This document shows, piece after piece, positions 12,128-25,585 of a stretch of 64,000 nt of DNA (its first letter is position 1; every line of letters begins with the position of its first letter). Origin of the DNA: Marsupella aquatica (lineage: Eukaryota; Plantae; Marchantiophyta); the NCBI GenBank assembly GCA_973895155.1, contig OZ316898.1, forward strand, positions 10,072,286-10,136,285. The letters run 5' to 3'. The position numbers and the translations under genes are program-made. The notes under the pieces were generated by a model. The model was not told the DNA's origin and did not search any database. It saw only the letters and a program-made list of their open reading frames with translations.

Positions 12128-15100
12128 TAAGATGCCACAATTGGATTAGGCGGTGTTGTCTCCTTGCAAGACATGCTAAATACGTACAATCTGTATGTGG
12201 GGCTCTTAAAAAATGTCGGGAGCTACATTGATGGCACTAAGGTGGCAGAGGTTAGATTGCTACATATTACAGCAGAATGGGACATCAACCCCAAGCAATA
12301 TAATAAGCCCAGAACAAACACAATTGACGTGATTATGTTGGAGAGGAGGACATTGAAACTCATGGTAGGGACAAAATACTAAGGAAGAGGAACGGTGGCC
12401 TACAATGGATTTTGAGTGGCACATGCATGTCGTATTTTCCCCTTCATTGTGTTTCACTCTTCCCTCATTGTTCACCGTTAGAGTTGACTATTAGCCAAAT
12501 CCCTTGATTAACTATCCAACATAACTTCAAACTTCATTAATGCCCTTTCTTGTATCAATTAAACATTGTACCGTCTCAATTCGATTGATTTCTTATGCAC
12601 TTTTTGCTTGCTACCCGGTCTTTCTAACGATCAGATAGTGTCAACTTGTGCAATTACTTGAGACATTGGTCCGACTCTCACTGGTCGCAGACCCCACCTG
12701 TCACCTAGATTGAAGGTTAAGTTTCATCTAACCTTCAACTAATATTTTTTCAAAGAGGATTTCTAAACCCATTGTGATAGATTCCTCAATAACTTTCATC
12801 CATCTTTCAATCATGTGTTTGCATTCACTTGGTGTGTTTTGTAGCCCAATTGGAATGCACTTGAATTTAAACGACCAAGCAAAGTTGAGTTCATTCATGT
12901 CCCACTACTTTGGGCTTCTTTTTACAACATTACTTGCAAATGTTTTAATAGTTTGCAATTGCAATCTTCACATGCCATATAACTCTTACTCATCCTTTGA
13001 AAGGTTCCAACCAAATCCATATAAACTTCTCATTATCAAATGTTAGCATTTCTAACCATCTTTTCTTCACAATCAACTTCTTAACTTTAATTTTATTGGC
13101 ATTCTACAAATACAAGCTTTGTAATCGAATGCTCCTTGCAGTTCTGCAAATAGGTCCATCTTTCATTCAATGATCACACCAATTTCTTTTACATGGTGTT
13201 TCTTCCATGGGCTTCCATCTCTCTACCTCTAGGTCTAGCAATTCAGCACTAACTCTTCCTGGGCTGCCTCCCTAGCCTTCTGATCCTGAAAGTTTCTACA
13301 AAAATATACCCTTCTCATTTCTACTCTACGTAACCCGCAGGATCTAGGAACTCCAAGACCAATGTCTCAACTCAAGCTCAACAAACATTGATAAGTAGGT
13401 CAACAAATAGAACCTCCCGGGCCCGCATGGTCGTGCCATAAGTTGAAGCCAGAGTCGGCACCCACCGTTCATCTAGAACAACCCCTCTTTGAGTGCCCCC
13501 CTATGCTTCCTATTTGTCATTGGCTGACCACCTTGCCCCTAGGACATGCTCATGGCCCAATAGCTAGCTTGTCCTAAAACGTTGGGACTAGACTAGCCCC
13601 AACTCTAGCAACCAACTCCAAGGTTCTCGCTCAACCAAGAATCTAGGTGCCAAGTGCACTTGGAACTCAACCTTCATGCCTACTCTGTTTTGTCTCCCCA
13701 ACTCAAGATCCTGTAGGAAACTCAACGCAGCTTGGTTTGTGTTTTGGTTGGATTTGGCAATCAGACAATATAGCCCCTACAAACCCCAAGAACAAATAGC
13801 ACCCCCAGACCCAACTGAGCTCAACAAGATGTAGTCATCCTTAAGAGCTTTCCAACTCATCCAAGAAGTCCTCCAATAAACTTTCTCTCTTGGAGACGGT
13901 CCACCTTGAGCCCGACCCTTCTCATTGAGAAGTTATCATCGTTTTTGTTTGGGGTAGTGTCAAGACTTCCACGGCTCACGACTTGGGCTTGCCCTTGGAC
14001 CTCAGGGAGACACTACTCCCAACATATCTGCTTATGGAAACTTGACACCCTAGACCGGTTTTGGTCTCCTATATTTGGCCCTAAACCTGGACTCCAACCG
14101 GCACGCATGGGCAAGCAACTAACTTGCTATGCCCATAGCTTTCTAGCTAGATGTCCATAAGTGGAGTGCCTTAGCCCATTGTGATCAAGTTGACCCAATG
14201 CTCATGCCTAGGCTCTTAGAACCCGTCGTCAGCCAGGGGTCCTAGACAGCCCCACCCGGGCCGCGCCGTATCTCATGCGCCAAATGTCCGTTGCGCATGA
14301 AGTAAACTTTGTTAGCCTTGGGCCCAAGAGAAGCTCTCACTCAAGCATAACTCAAAATCTGTCTGGGGGTCTAGAAGGTCCACCCTGAGCCCGGCCCTTC
14401 TGATGACCCAACTAGCTCCATGCTAGTCTAAGTCCTCAGTGTGCATCACCAGCTTAGCGTCTTGCTCAATCATGCTAGTGCAATTAACGCCTCGTTGCCC
14501 ACTAGTCTCCATACTTAGTCTCCATTGGATGGCCGTTCTGGAGGCTTAGACTATAGAGGAGCTCAACATCAAAGTCAGCTACGCCAGAACTAAGTGTTAG
14601 GGTAGTTGAGTTTCGCGACTCCGCGATTTCTCAAAAGATCAAAGTGGATTTAAGTTTGACAATCCCATTAACAATACGTGGGTTGTTCCTCATAGTCCAT
14701 ATTTGACAATGAGATTTAGTGCTCCTATTAATGTGTAGATTTGTTGCTCCATTAAAGCAATCAAGATTTAAATATATAAGTTAGTATTATTATAAAAGGC
14801 ACAATACATTAAAGCAACAATGGAGGTGGAACAACTAGACAAAATAAATGAGCATTTAGCCAGACGTTTAGATGCCATATATGTGTTTGCTGCTAAAGGA
14901 GTGTTGGTAAAACATTGTTGGAGTTTGGTCTCCCAAAACTAGGTATGGAGTTCTTCCAAGAGCAGGAAAATAGAAATTGGTTGATAAGAGAGGAGACACA
15001 TCATCTGATGGATGTACTTCTCCAACAACTTGGAGAATATGAGTCGTTGTTGAATGAGGGTCATGTACACTACCATACTTGCAATGGTGAGGGCTCAAGA

Positions 15101-15285
15101 TGGAGCAACATTCTTTATTGATGGACAAGGGGGATAGGGAAAACATTTGTGGATGATGTTCTACTTTGGAGAGTTTGTGCCGATGGGGACATTGCACTAG
15201 CCATGGCTTCCTCAGGTATTGCAAGTCTTTTGTAAGATGGAGGACGCACTACACATTCACAATTCAAGCTCCCTTTGAAACCGAT

Positions 15286-16564
15286 TTTTTTTTTTTTTTG
15301 AAAAGAAGGGGGGCCAGCCCCGTCAGTTAGCACCGGGGGTAATTCCCACCCAGGCAAAAAGGACAGAGCACAAACACGCATGGAGAAGGGGGCTCCCCAA
15401 AGCCCTCACCCCGCACCCACCCGTAGCACCCAACCTCCGTGAGCATAGGAGCCATGCCACAATCCCAACTAGAGCCGCCAGGGCTCATCCTATCCGACCC
15501 CAACCACTTATTAATCCCATAATTCCCAACATTGGCCTTACTAATCTCATTATTCCCAACATTGGCCTTCCACTGAGCACTGGGTTGACCACTCTCCATG
15601 GAAAACACCTGGCTGTCCTTCCTAGTCAAAGTACTATCAATGTTGGCAACACAATCCTCCCTAGCAGGCCCCAGGCTAGTCCAAGCATAGTAAGTGAAGC
15701 CCCATACTTTACTCTTCATGACTACCTATGTCAGTGGTCCCAATGTCACCAGTCTGATCCACAATGTGGAGAATGTCAATCAACTCTTGCGTAGTTCTTT
15801 GGATCTGTCGGCTCTTTTTTGGAGTGCTGCTGGACCTAAGCATGTTTTTGAGATGGTCCGCAGTCCTCTGCAGGACCACCCAGACAGGGATTTTACCATG
15901 AGATTGATCGAAGGCCACCGCATTGCGTTCTTTCCAGAAAACACTGCACATTTCCTTGATCACAATCAGTGGTCCAGGACTGGTTTTTTGTCTTCTCGTT
16001 GCCTAGGTGATCATATCCAGCAGCCCCCCTGGTCCCAAACTCATTCTACTCGTGGAAGCAGTGAGTTGTCTCAGAAGACGCCATCTATGCCGAACATGTC
16101 TACAACTAAAAAAAAGATGTTCTGCGGTCTCAATCTGGTCCTTGCACCTTGGACACAGCCCATCGCTGACCCCCCACGTCCGGCCTCTCAAGTTTGTGAA
16201 GAAACCGTGTTGAATAAGACGCCAAACAAAAAGTCTCACCTTCCGGAAGGTCCATCCTCCCCATAGCTTCCTCCAGAATTGCCTCCATTGTTGGGTGTCT
16301 TCAGTGTGGCCCCATTGTCGGTTCAGCTTCGTTGAGTCCGAGGCAGGGCTCCTCAGGCGATCCACCCACACCTTGTTGGGGCAACGCCACCCCCTGCGGT
16401 GGCTCAAATCCGTCCAACGCCATCCAACACACTTGTCCAGGGTGTTGGTGGTCAACCCCTCCACTTGGCCAAGCATCCTGTAAAAATTTTGGAATTCCCT
16501 GGTTCCTGTATCTCTGGCACTCCTGATTCTCGGATTAAGACTAGCAGGCTGTAGCCAGGTCCCA
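15286..16564 (-). mobile_element. 5'-truncated LINE (zf-RVT region of ORF2, 3'UTR, poly-A) inserted in the Helitron helicase
   Basis: TSD TTGAAACCGAT at 15275-15285 and 16565-16575; poly-T on the + strand at 15286-15299; zf-RVT motif W..LW....KVRLFVW...CPRC...ETAEHLFFSC; in-frame TAG at 16003-16005. Confidence 0.93.
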
Positions 16565-17447
16565 TTGAAACCGATCTTGACATCAACATGTACCATTCAA
16601 AACAATCTGCCTTGGGGATAGATAGAAACCTTTATTTTGTGGGATGAAGCACCCATGATCCATCAACCTCGCCATCAACATGCAGTGGAGGCGTTGGATT
16701 GAACTCTACACGACATACAAGACAATGGTCAAATATTTGGAGGGGTTGTGGTTGTATTTTCAGGAGATTTTTGACAAGTGCTTCCATTGAAGGCAAGGAC
16801 GAGTCATCTAGAGATTGTGGGGTTGTGTTTGAAGAAGTCTTACATCTAGAGTAGTATGCAAACTTTCAAGCTAACTAAAAAATGTTGGCTGCAAGAGGAA
16901 CTAATGCGTCTCCTGGATTTGGTTAATATATGTTACATAAATTTGCAGAGTGGCTACTACAATTGGGCCATGACAAGCTCCCAAAAGGAGGAATTCAAAC
17001 AATCTTATCACTTGCCAGGAGTCTATGGTGGTGGGAAGGTCGTGTGGAATCTTTCATCCATGCAATCTACCCATGTTTTGCTAATGTGGACATTAGTTCT
17101 TAAGCGAGAGAACTATCCTGCCGCAAACAAAATATGAGGCGCTAAAAATAACAATTGTATCTTAGAAGGACTTCATGGGGAATCCACTGAATTTCTTAGA
17201 GTTTATAGTCCGGATCAACTAGAAGGGGAGAATTTTTATTCTATAGAGTTCTTGAATACACTCGCCCCTAGTGGTTTGCCACCTCATAAGTTGGTACTCA
17301 AGGTTGGATGCCCTATAATTTTACTTAGAAATATAGATCACTCTCTAGGATTGTGTAATGGTACTCAGTTAATTGTGAGAGCCATGAATAGTCATCTCAT
17401 TGAGGCACAAGTTCTTGCAAGAAAACATGCACAGACCCTTACATTTG

Positions 17448-19309
17448 TGTAGTTTGCTATGAAGAACCAAAAACACACTTAATGGTCTTCAAACTCGGTA
17501 TTCGTTCCCGTAAAGAACAAGATGGGGTTGGTTTGATAGATTTAAACAACAATAATAGACTTAAAATGTTTTCCACATATAGTAATCAAGTTTGATTACT
17601 TTACTAAGGTATTTTGAAGATCGCTCCACAGCGGTGAGTAGTTTTTAATGGTAACTCAGCATTGGATAACCATAAATTAATGAAAAGTGAATGATTAACA
17701 AAACACAAGGAAAAATATCCTAAAGTATGCTAAGGGAGTCTGGAATAGACCAAGGTTGCTCCTTAGACATAAGTCAAAATGAAAAGACTTAAGGATTCAA
17801 ATCCATATTGTTTTTCAGATCTAAAATGCTTACTAGATTACCCTTTTAAAGTGCCGTCAACACGTCTTATCCTTTCTTTCTAAGTGGTACTCAGACAAGA
17901 TCTAAAAGAGTGACTCCTTCAACATTTAGATGGTACTAAGCAACACGAAAGAAAATCCATCAATTTCAATAAGGCTTAAACTCAATGAGTTAACTCTAAG
18001 AACTCAGGAGATTGCAATGAGTCACCAATAAGGAATCTATCATCACAACTCCAAAGATTTGCACAAAAGGAATTTTACTTCCTGTGTTATTAATCAGAGA
18101 TAGAAACACAAGAAGGAGGTAAGTCTCTCCAAATGTTAAACCTGATCTCGAACTCATAGATTCATGATCAACTAGTTTAACACAAAGAAGAGGCAAAAAT
18201 GCATAACTTAACCATAAACTACACTAGTGGTGGAGGCGTCTTATAGTAAAAATCTACAGAGTAAGAGGTTATAAGGTCGAAGAGACATGCCTCTTCATCC
18301 TCCTCAAAAATTCAAAATAGCAATTCAGTAAGTGAAAAGTCGGAAAATGGCTAAGTAAGAAGCCGTAAAAGCATAAAAGTGTAAAAGCGTAAACTCGTAA
18401 AAGCATAAAACCGTAAGCCGTAATCCGTAATTGCGATATAACTAAAAACTTATCAAATTCAACTATTTTTAACTTCCTAACTATAAGTCAGAAAACTGTG
18501 AGATTTTGCAAGCAGATTTTCCTAGGTACAGACTATATACTAAAGAAGTATGACAGCTTTTAAAGCTCTATAACACATTTTGAAAAATAGGGAAAGATGC
18601 ACTATTCTTAAAACTAACTAAAACACTTAGACTACTCCTCAAGCTTGTTGTCGGATGTCTTCTGGTTCGAGTAGCTCCACTGCTGTGACAGTTCAATTCT
18701 GTGTAACTTCCATTAGCTCAGCCTGGCGTGGGGATCCTCGAGAGTAGGGTAGGCATCTCAGTTGCCTTTCAGGATACATCAGGGGCATTCTCTTCCTTAG
18801 ATAACATATGTCTGTTCGAAGAGCTTCTCTATATATCCCAATCACATCATAGTGATTGCAGGTAGAAGCATATACTTGAGGGTAATGGAATAGGAAATCT
18901 TCAGTTCTCAGCATCCTTGAATAGAATGGACGAAGTCTCCAAGTAACATCCTTAAAGTACCGGTTGAATTCAGCAAGAGTCTGAGAGGTAAGGTGGAAGA
19001 GAAGTTAGTAATGAGCGCCTACGTCTTGCATTCCTTCCCTTTCAAGGTGCGCTCTTCATCCGTTGTGGAGTCCCATTGAACTAGCCGTAAGATGTCACGA
19101 TCACAGGGTCGCCAACTCTTAAGGGCGTAACTCGTAAACTCTTAAGTAGTGAACTAGTAAACTCGTAAACTGAGTTTACTCGTAACTTAGGAACTTAGTA
19201 ACTTTGAATGTTGTTTCAGTTACAGTTAGCAATAATTGCAGTCTAAACACGGTAAAAAATTTAAAAAATTTCAGTTTCTTCATGCTTTTGGAATTACCCA
19301 CTACTTACA
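17448..19309. mobile_element. Solo LTR (1862 bp) inserted in the Helitron helicase
   Basis: Termini TGTA...TACA with a 5-bp TSD ATTTG (17443-17447 and 19310-19314). Removing it rejoins helicase text TLTFVP*TMLMSNESLPFSL. No coding region inside. Confidence 0.88.
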
Positions 19310-20370
19310 ATTTGTCCCATAGACTATGTTGATGTCTAATGAATCACTTCCTTTTTCATTATGTAGGGCCCAGTTTCCCATCCAAATGACATATGTAATG
19401 ACCATAAACAAGACTCAAGGTCAGATTTTAGAACATATAGGGTTACAACTTTCAAAGTCTATATTTAGTCGCGGTCAGTTGTATGGAGCATCCTCAAGGG
19501 CAGCATCTCCTACAACTATTAAGGTTTTACTTTTGGATTCTAAGGAGGGTCATGCAAGGTTGACATAAAATGTTGGATATGAATCGATGAGGTTCTTTAT
19601 TGAACTTGTGAATAAATATTGCATCACTTTTGTATTAATCTCTTTGACTTACTTCCTCAATTAAATTTCTTTGCAATGCAAAAACATGTTTGTCTCACTT
19701 TAACATCTTTTGCCTTGCCTTGACATCTGTCCCTCACCTTGACACCTTGCCCTTGCATTGACATCCTTGCCTCTCCTCAACATCTTGCCCTCACCTTGAC
19801 ATCTTTCCCACCTCTCCTTGATATTTTTGCCTCTCCTCAACATCTTTCCATCACCTCGACATCTTGCCCGTGCCTTGACATCTTACCCTCACCTCGACAT
19901 CCTTGCCTCTCCTTGACATCATTGCCTTTACATCCTTGCCTCTCCTCAAAATCTTTTGTGCAAAGCACAGGCATCAGACTAGTGCATACATAAAGAGCAT
20001 TTATCACCAAGTGCAACAAACAACTCCATAACGAAGTTTTATGCACTTATCCAGTTGAAATGTGCAATATGAGGGCGATGAGAAATATTCAAATATGTTA
20101 TCTATGGATACCTATCATTCAAATGAATACTGCTGCCAAACTCAAACTACTATTTCCCATTTGTTCAAAGAGTGTTAAGAGCCGGTAAAGTAAGGGCTGC
20201 TCCATGCAAGTTGAACCTTAGCACGATGCCCATGCATTGTATGTACATAAGATATTAACGAGAGGGCAAGATGTCAATGAAAGGAAAAGATGATGAGGCT
20301 TGGCAAAGAAATGTAGGTGAGACAAGAATGTTGTTAAGACATATCATGTGTCCTTGTGACCATGATCATG

Positions 20371-20533
20371 CAATCATTGTGACCATGCAATTGTTGCAGC
20401 CATGTATATTGAGCTGAGCCAAAGCAATCATTGTGACCATGCAATTGTTGCAGCCATGTATATTGAGCTGAGCCAAAGCAATCATTGTGACCATGCAATT
20501 GTTGCAACCATGTATCTTGAGCTGAGCCAAAGC
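20371..20533. repeat. 54-bp tandem repeat x3
   Basis: CAATCATTGTGACCATGCAATTGTTGCAGCCATGTATATTGAGCTGAGCCAAAG, three near-identical copies. Confidence 0.95.
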
Positions 20534-21959
20534 AGTGCACAACTATGTGACAAGAGGAAGTTTTTTTTTTAGTTTTTACTTTTGTTTCAATTGCTTCAAT
20601 AGATAGATTTTTCTGTATTTTGTATATATTCAAAGTTTTTTGAAATTGAAGCCCAGAAGGGACTCCATGTTTGGGAAAAGACTCTGATACGGACTCCTCA
20701 TGGCGAAAAAAATTTGAAAAAAAAAGTTTTCCTTCAAATTTTGAAGAAAAATTCAAGAATTTTTTTTTCTTCATTTTTTTCTTTTTTGCATCGCAACTTG
20801 GCGGCCTCTCTGAGATGAGGTGGCAGCTGATATCAGGTACAGTGATGAAAGTGACTGATAACTGATGAGATTACTTATCTCGATTTCTTTCACTCAAAGG
20901 CAGTGCATCAAAACCCTTGTTCCACTCAAATCTACAACTATAATACGCAATCCCGCCATTTTTGTCCTTCGTCCCGTTACAAAATCCAATATGGGCGGGA
21001 TTCAAATTTGACCATTAGATATTTTGGGGTATTTTTTGTATCCACTCGATCAGCCGCTCACCCTCCAATGCCCTGCAATATTGCCTGTTGTTCCATGGCC
21101 TGGCTTTGTGCTACACCTCTACGCCTCTCATCGGCCATTAATGTGGGGATAATCATCAACTGATCAGCGGGTACTGTGGTAGGCTCCCCTACTTGCCCTC
21201 CCACACACTTGACTGCCAGGTACAACAATGAACAGAAGGTACTTTTCTTACACTCTTGGTAAGTGTATAGTATCTCCTTGCCCTCACAAGCACTTGACTG
21301 CCAGGTATAACTAAATATATTTTTCTTACACTCCTTGTGAAGGTACAGTACCTCCTAGCTCTCCGTGCATGCCTGTCATACATGACACTCCTTCACTGCA
21401 AGCTTTTTTGGCTCTATTGTAAATGACTTACTACCCATATTTACCTTTTGAATGCACATCAAACATGAATGGAGAATAATTAGAAAACAATTTTCATATT
21501 AAAACAATTCATGTAGAATTGTACCCTCATGTCCTCCCCTCCGTGCATGACTGTATTCCTTTCATGACAAGCTTTTTTGTTTGATCTAGACTACTTCCTA
21601 CCTAGAGCTACCTTTTAAAACAAACCAATAATGAATGTAAAATAATTAAAAATATTTTTTCATTTAAAAACAATTAATGTGAAATTTTCAGGTCTATTCT
21701 ATCCATCTTTCAATTTTTCCTTTGTACAAATAACAATAAAATCAGAATAAACTTAATGTTTGACAAAGAGCAAACAAAATTCAACCTTGGTAATAATAAA
21801 ATGAAGAAATCAAAAGACTCATCATATCAAACACAATAATACATCCCCCAACAAAATAAATAAATATTCTTCATTCTTTACAAAATGAAAAATAGGAGAG
21901 AGAAAATTTTGCCCTCTATCAAAAATGTTTTTTTTGCAGATATTTTTGTAATCTTTACA

Positions 21960-22415
21960 TATGTATTGTTTTTCAACATTTTTTTCTCATGTCTTCATTT
22001 TTCTCACATTCACATCTTTATCTCACCATGACATGCTTTCCTCACTTGACATATTTTCTCCCCTTCACATGTTTTTCTCTCCTCCACATCTTCTCTCACC
22101 TTGACATCTTTATCTCAATGCAACATCTTTCACTCATGCTCAACATTTCTTTCCTCAACATATTTCCCTCATTTTTACATTTTTTTTCACTTCGCCATCA
22201 TTTCTCTCCCCAACATCTTTTCTTCACCTCGGCTTCTTCTTCTCTCATCGACATATTTTTTCATCTCAACACCCTTTCCTCACCTCAACATCTTTTTTTC
22301 ACCTCAACTTCTTTTTCTCTCCTCAACTTGCTTTTTTCTCATCGACATATTTTTTCATCATAATATCTTTCTCTCATCTCAACATCTTTTGTGCAACGCA
22401 CAGGCATGGGGCTAG
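21960..22415 (+). mobile_element. Third Helitron 3' end, with a T-rich variant of the minisatellite
   Basis: CTCAACATCTTT-like units, then TGTGC-AAC-GCACA-GGCATGGGG-CTAG|T (CTAG at 22412-22415). Confidence 0.78.
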
Positions 22416-25400
22416 TAGTACATATTAAATTAATTTGTGGATCCCCCCATGTTATTTTAGAGGCAGTTATCTAGAAATTGAAGCCTAGATGGACCTCCAG
22501 ATCAAAAGAATTTTTTTTCAAAATGGACAAGTCAATGTTTGACACTTGAAACAGTTGCCAAACTTACCAAGGCAACCACAATTAACATCAATCGCAAAAC
22601 CAGCTGCATTGTGAACTACTATTTAATGTGTGGGTAGCTTAATTGCCCACTTCAGCAAAACAATGCTCGACGGTTTCCTCCACAGTATCGAAGGGATGCT
22701 GGATACACTCAAGTTGCATCAAAAGTAATCACTTTCAATTCCTACATGTAGATAGACGAAGGGAGAGAAGTCATCGGTGTCATCAAATCAATAACTTTGC
22801 ATAATCATTTAAGACAAAAAGTTTCATGGAAACAAATCTCCAATTGTGGAATTTGAAATCGATCGAAAGCTATAGAAAGTTAGAAACTCATGACCACTTT
22901 CGTACTTGATAAAATCTCCCAATGTTACACTCATTGGAAAGCTAAAGAAATCAATGTTAAGTTCATTAAAAAGGTAAAGAAATTCTAAAATTCATAATCT
23001 CCTCAGTACTCGATAAAATCTGTCAATTTTATGTTCATTCTCATGGAAGGGGTAAACATTTCAGGGGTTGTACAACAAAGATTTCTATTCACGTTAGAGA
23101 CTATGAAATCATGGGTAAAATCTATTTTTCAAATTATTTACTCAATTCTTACCGAATGATGACAATACTGAGCTCATCAAGACCGTCTCTTCAAGATCTT
23201 TTTAATGCCATATTATACGTGAGTTTTCATTATGATTTGACTTAGCAAAAATTGCTACTGGGAAAATTTTATGTTTTGAATAAAATCAAAATGTAAATCA
23301 AACAGTTATTGGGAGCAGTTTTACCTCAATCTTTTTGTCTTTTGATTTGCATGTTAGTTTTTCTTACATTTTTTTTATGGCATGGCATCCCAGTTTTTAT
23401 AGCAAACTTGCCACAAACACGAATGCAGAAGTTGATTTAATCCAAAAACAAGTCTTTTCCTGTTTGCAGCGTGCCATGATGATGTGGCGCGCTGTGGAGC
23501 CAGGAATTTTGCAAAGGATCCCTAATGGGGGTCCATAACAAATGAGTGTAATGTGGCAAGAAACTATAACGTCATTTTGAAAATCTGTAGGGGTCTCAAT
23601 GAAATTGACTATATTAAGCTCATTTGAGATATCTTTCCAATCAGTTTGTAACAAACCCAAGAAAATCATTGTCCACTTGACATAGAGGGAGGTCCTGAAT
23701 GTCAAAGTTAGCTACTAACAAACTTTCAATAGTGTGTGAGTGTGTACACTTAGTGATGGAGTGGTCTTTAGAAACTATCAATTGTTCATGAAAATTAGAG
23801 ATGTTAGGCTGGTTGGAAAAATATCTCCAAGCCGCTTCTAAAGAGCCCAAGAACAGCCAATTCCGCTGAATAGAAAGGGAGATATTGAAGATCAAACTTT
23901 GTTGGAAAAAAACTTGTTGGAAAAAAGAAGCCTGTCAATGAGTGAAGGCAGAAAAAGTGTCGGGTCCATGGGGGTTGTGTGATTCACAGGCTAGATCCAT
24001 GGGAGCATCATTTTCAAGGCTTTCAAGTTTTCCAAAACCATTTTCAATTTGGTTAAATTAAAATTAAAATCTCTCAATCTTGACAATTAATTCTTTCATC
24101 TCGGGCAGGTGCAGGCAGGCTCAAGGAAGCTCGTGCAGGCGGTTGAGATAGAAAGGGTGATGGGTGGATCTGATGATGCTAATTTGTTTTTGTTGAAGGG
24201 CCAGGATTGGAACCTGCTTGCTTCTCATTTTGTAAATGGACAAAAAGAAGTTTTGGGATAGGGTATTATAGTGTTTGATGTTGATTTATAGGACAATGTA
24301 GCAACAAACAACTCAATGCCAAGTTGGGTCAGGTCTGTCCTTGCTATACACAAGGGTTCCATGGGCCCTCATGCTGAACCCCTTGCATTCCCCACATTGT
24401 TGTTCTCTCACATGCCAAAAAGTGTCAATTGAAAGGAGGTAGGCTCCAAGAGGCCAGCGACAGCATAATGGTGAGAATACAAGAGAAACCTTTTAATAAA
24501 TTGAAGACCTTTCCTTTCTTTGAGACTATTGCCACAAGGGCAATTGTTTTATGTTGCACATGTGCATGCTATCTTTGAATAGCCATATGTGGTAATAGTG
24601 CAGGATACATTGGTCACACCCTCATGTCCTACTCAAAAATTCACAAAATTGGAACAATTGCCATTTTCACATATGTTAGCATGCTATATACACAAGTTTG
24701 ATAATGTGCTGGGATGGACTAAGAGAACTCTGATCAACATAGCCAGATATAATTTCCTTATTTTACAAAATATTAATTTACACTCCCACAACATATTTTA
24801 TAATTTTTCGGAGTACTTTGTGCTTGTTTTGTTACACTATGATTTGAGTGTGCTCATTCGAGCTTGGATAACAACCTTCGTCAACGGGGACTTTCTAGTG
24901 TGCTGGCAAGGGGTACTCATTTTGACACTGGGCACGCACCTCCAGGTAAAACTCTAAAAATGTCCACATGATATTTTCTTTCACCACTGTAGCCAGAACA
25001 CTACAGTAGTCCTATGCACCCTGTTCACCAGAATAGTCTAAATATTAATAAAAAACTATATAATCAGTTGTCTTAATTGGGAGGGATCTATACCTAAAGT
25101 GAAGGTATAGGCCTTCATTTAGGTATTCCAACAACTTGGATTTGAAATTATAATATAGATATAGACTCTCTAGCTAAGACTTAGGCAGCTTTAAGGTTTA
25201 ATAAACGGCTGGTGCCTATTTTCGGCAATCTGAATGGGAAAAATACACCGATAATGGATCCTCCTTCAATGGGCCCACCGGAAACTTTGACCCCCCCTCG
25301 TGAGCTTCAGTCTTCAGAGAATAAATGAAACTGTGGTGGATGTTGAACGGCTGATATGACACACGGCCAGCCAGTTTTATCCTGCCAGCTCCGGTCAGCC

Positions 25401-25585
25401 CATCCTAACCCGCCGTCCACTGCGCTGACGGCATCCAGGCCGACGGCCTATATATTTAGCAGCCATTTTGACACGTGCCTGTCCTCCGTCAGCCGAGCGC
25501 TGCCCTGTCCACGGCACTGACGGTGACTGCAGCGGCCAGGCAGACGGCCTGCGTACATACGTCATGACTGTGCCTGAACTACGTA

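Larger units (their letters stand above)
12160..19982 (+). mobile_element. Decayed autonomous-type Helitron (Rep/PIF1 helicase pseudogene plus 3' terminus); 5' boundary unresolved
   Basis: Rep-region relic LQDMLNTYNLYV / QYNKPRTNTIDVI at ~12164. Helicase motifs DGQGG*GKTF, MASSGIASLL*DGGRTTHSQFKLPL, ILWDEAPM, FGGVVVVFSGDF*QVLP, SGLPPHKLVLKVGCPIILLRNI..GLCNGT, RAQFPI..YVMTINKTQGQ, FSRGQLY.A.SRA, with stops. The 3' end has the minisatellite, a TGTGC-AAA-GCACA hairpin and CTAG|T at 19979-19982. Confidence 0.9.

Noticed and set aside
13330-14632. Possible second solo LTR inside the Helitron
   Set aside because: LTR-like composition and a ...TCTCA end, but no matching TG start or TSD could be found.
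20371-20533. Regular repeats (also at 2570-2945, 8249-8411 and 11113-12010) as CRISPR-like arrays
   Set aside because: Head-to-tail tandem units without unique spacers, no cas genes, and a eukaryotic context.
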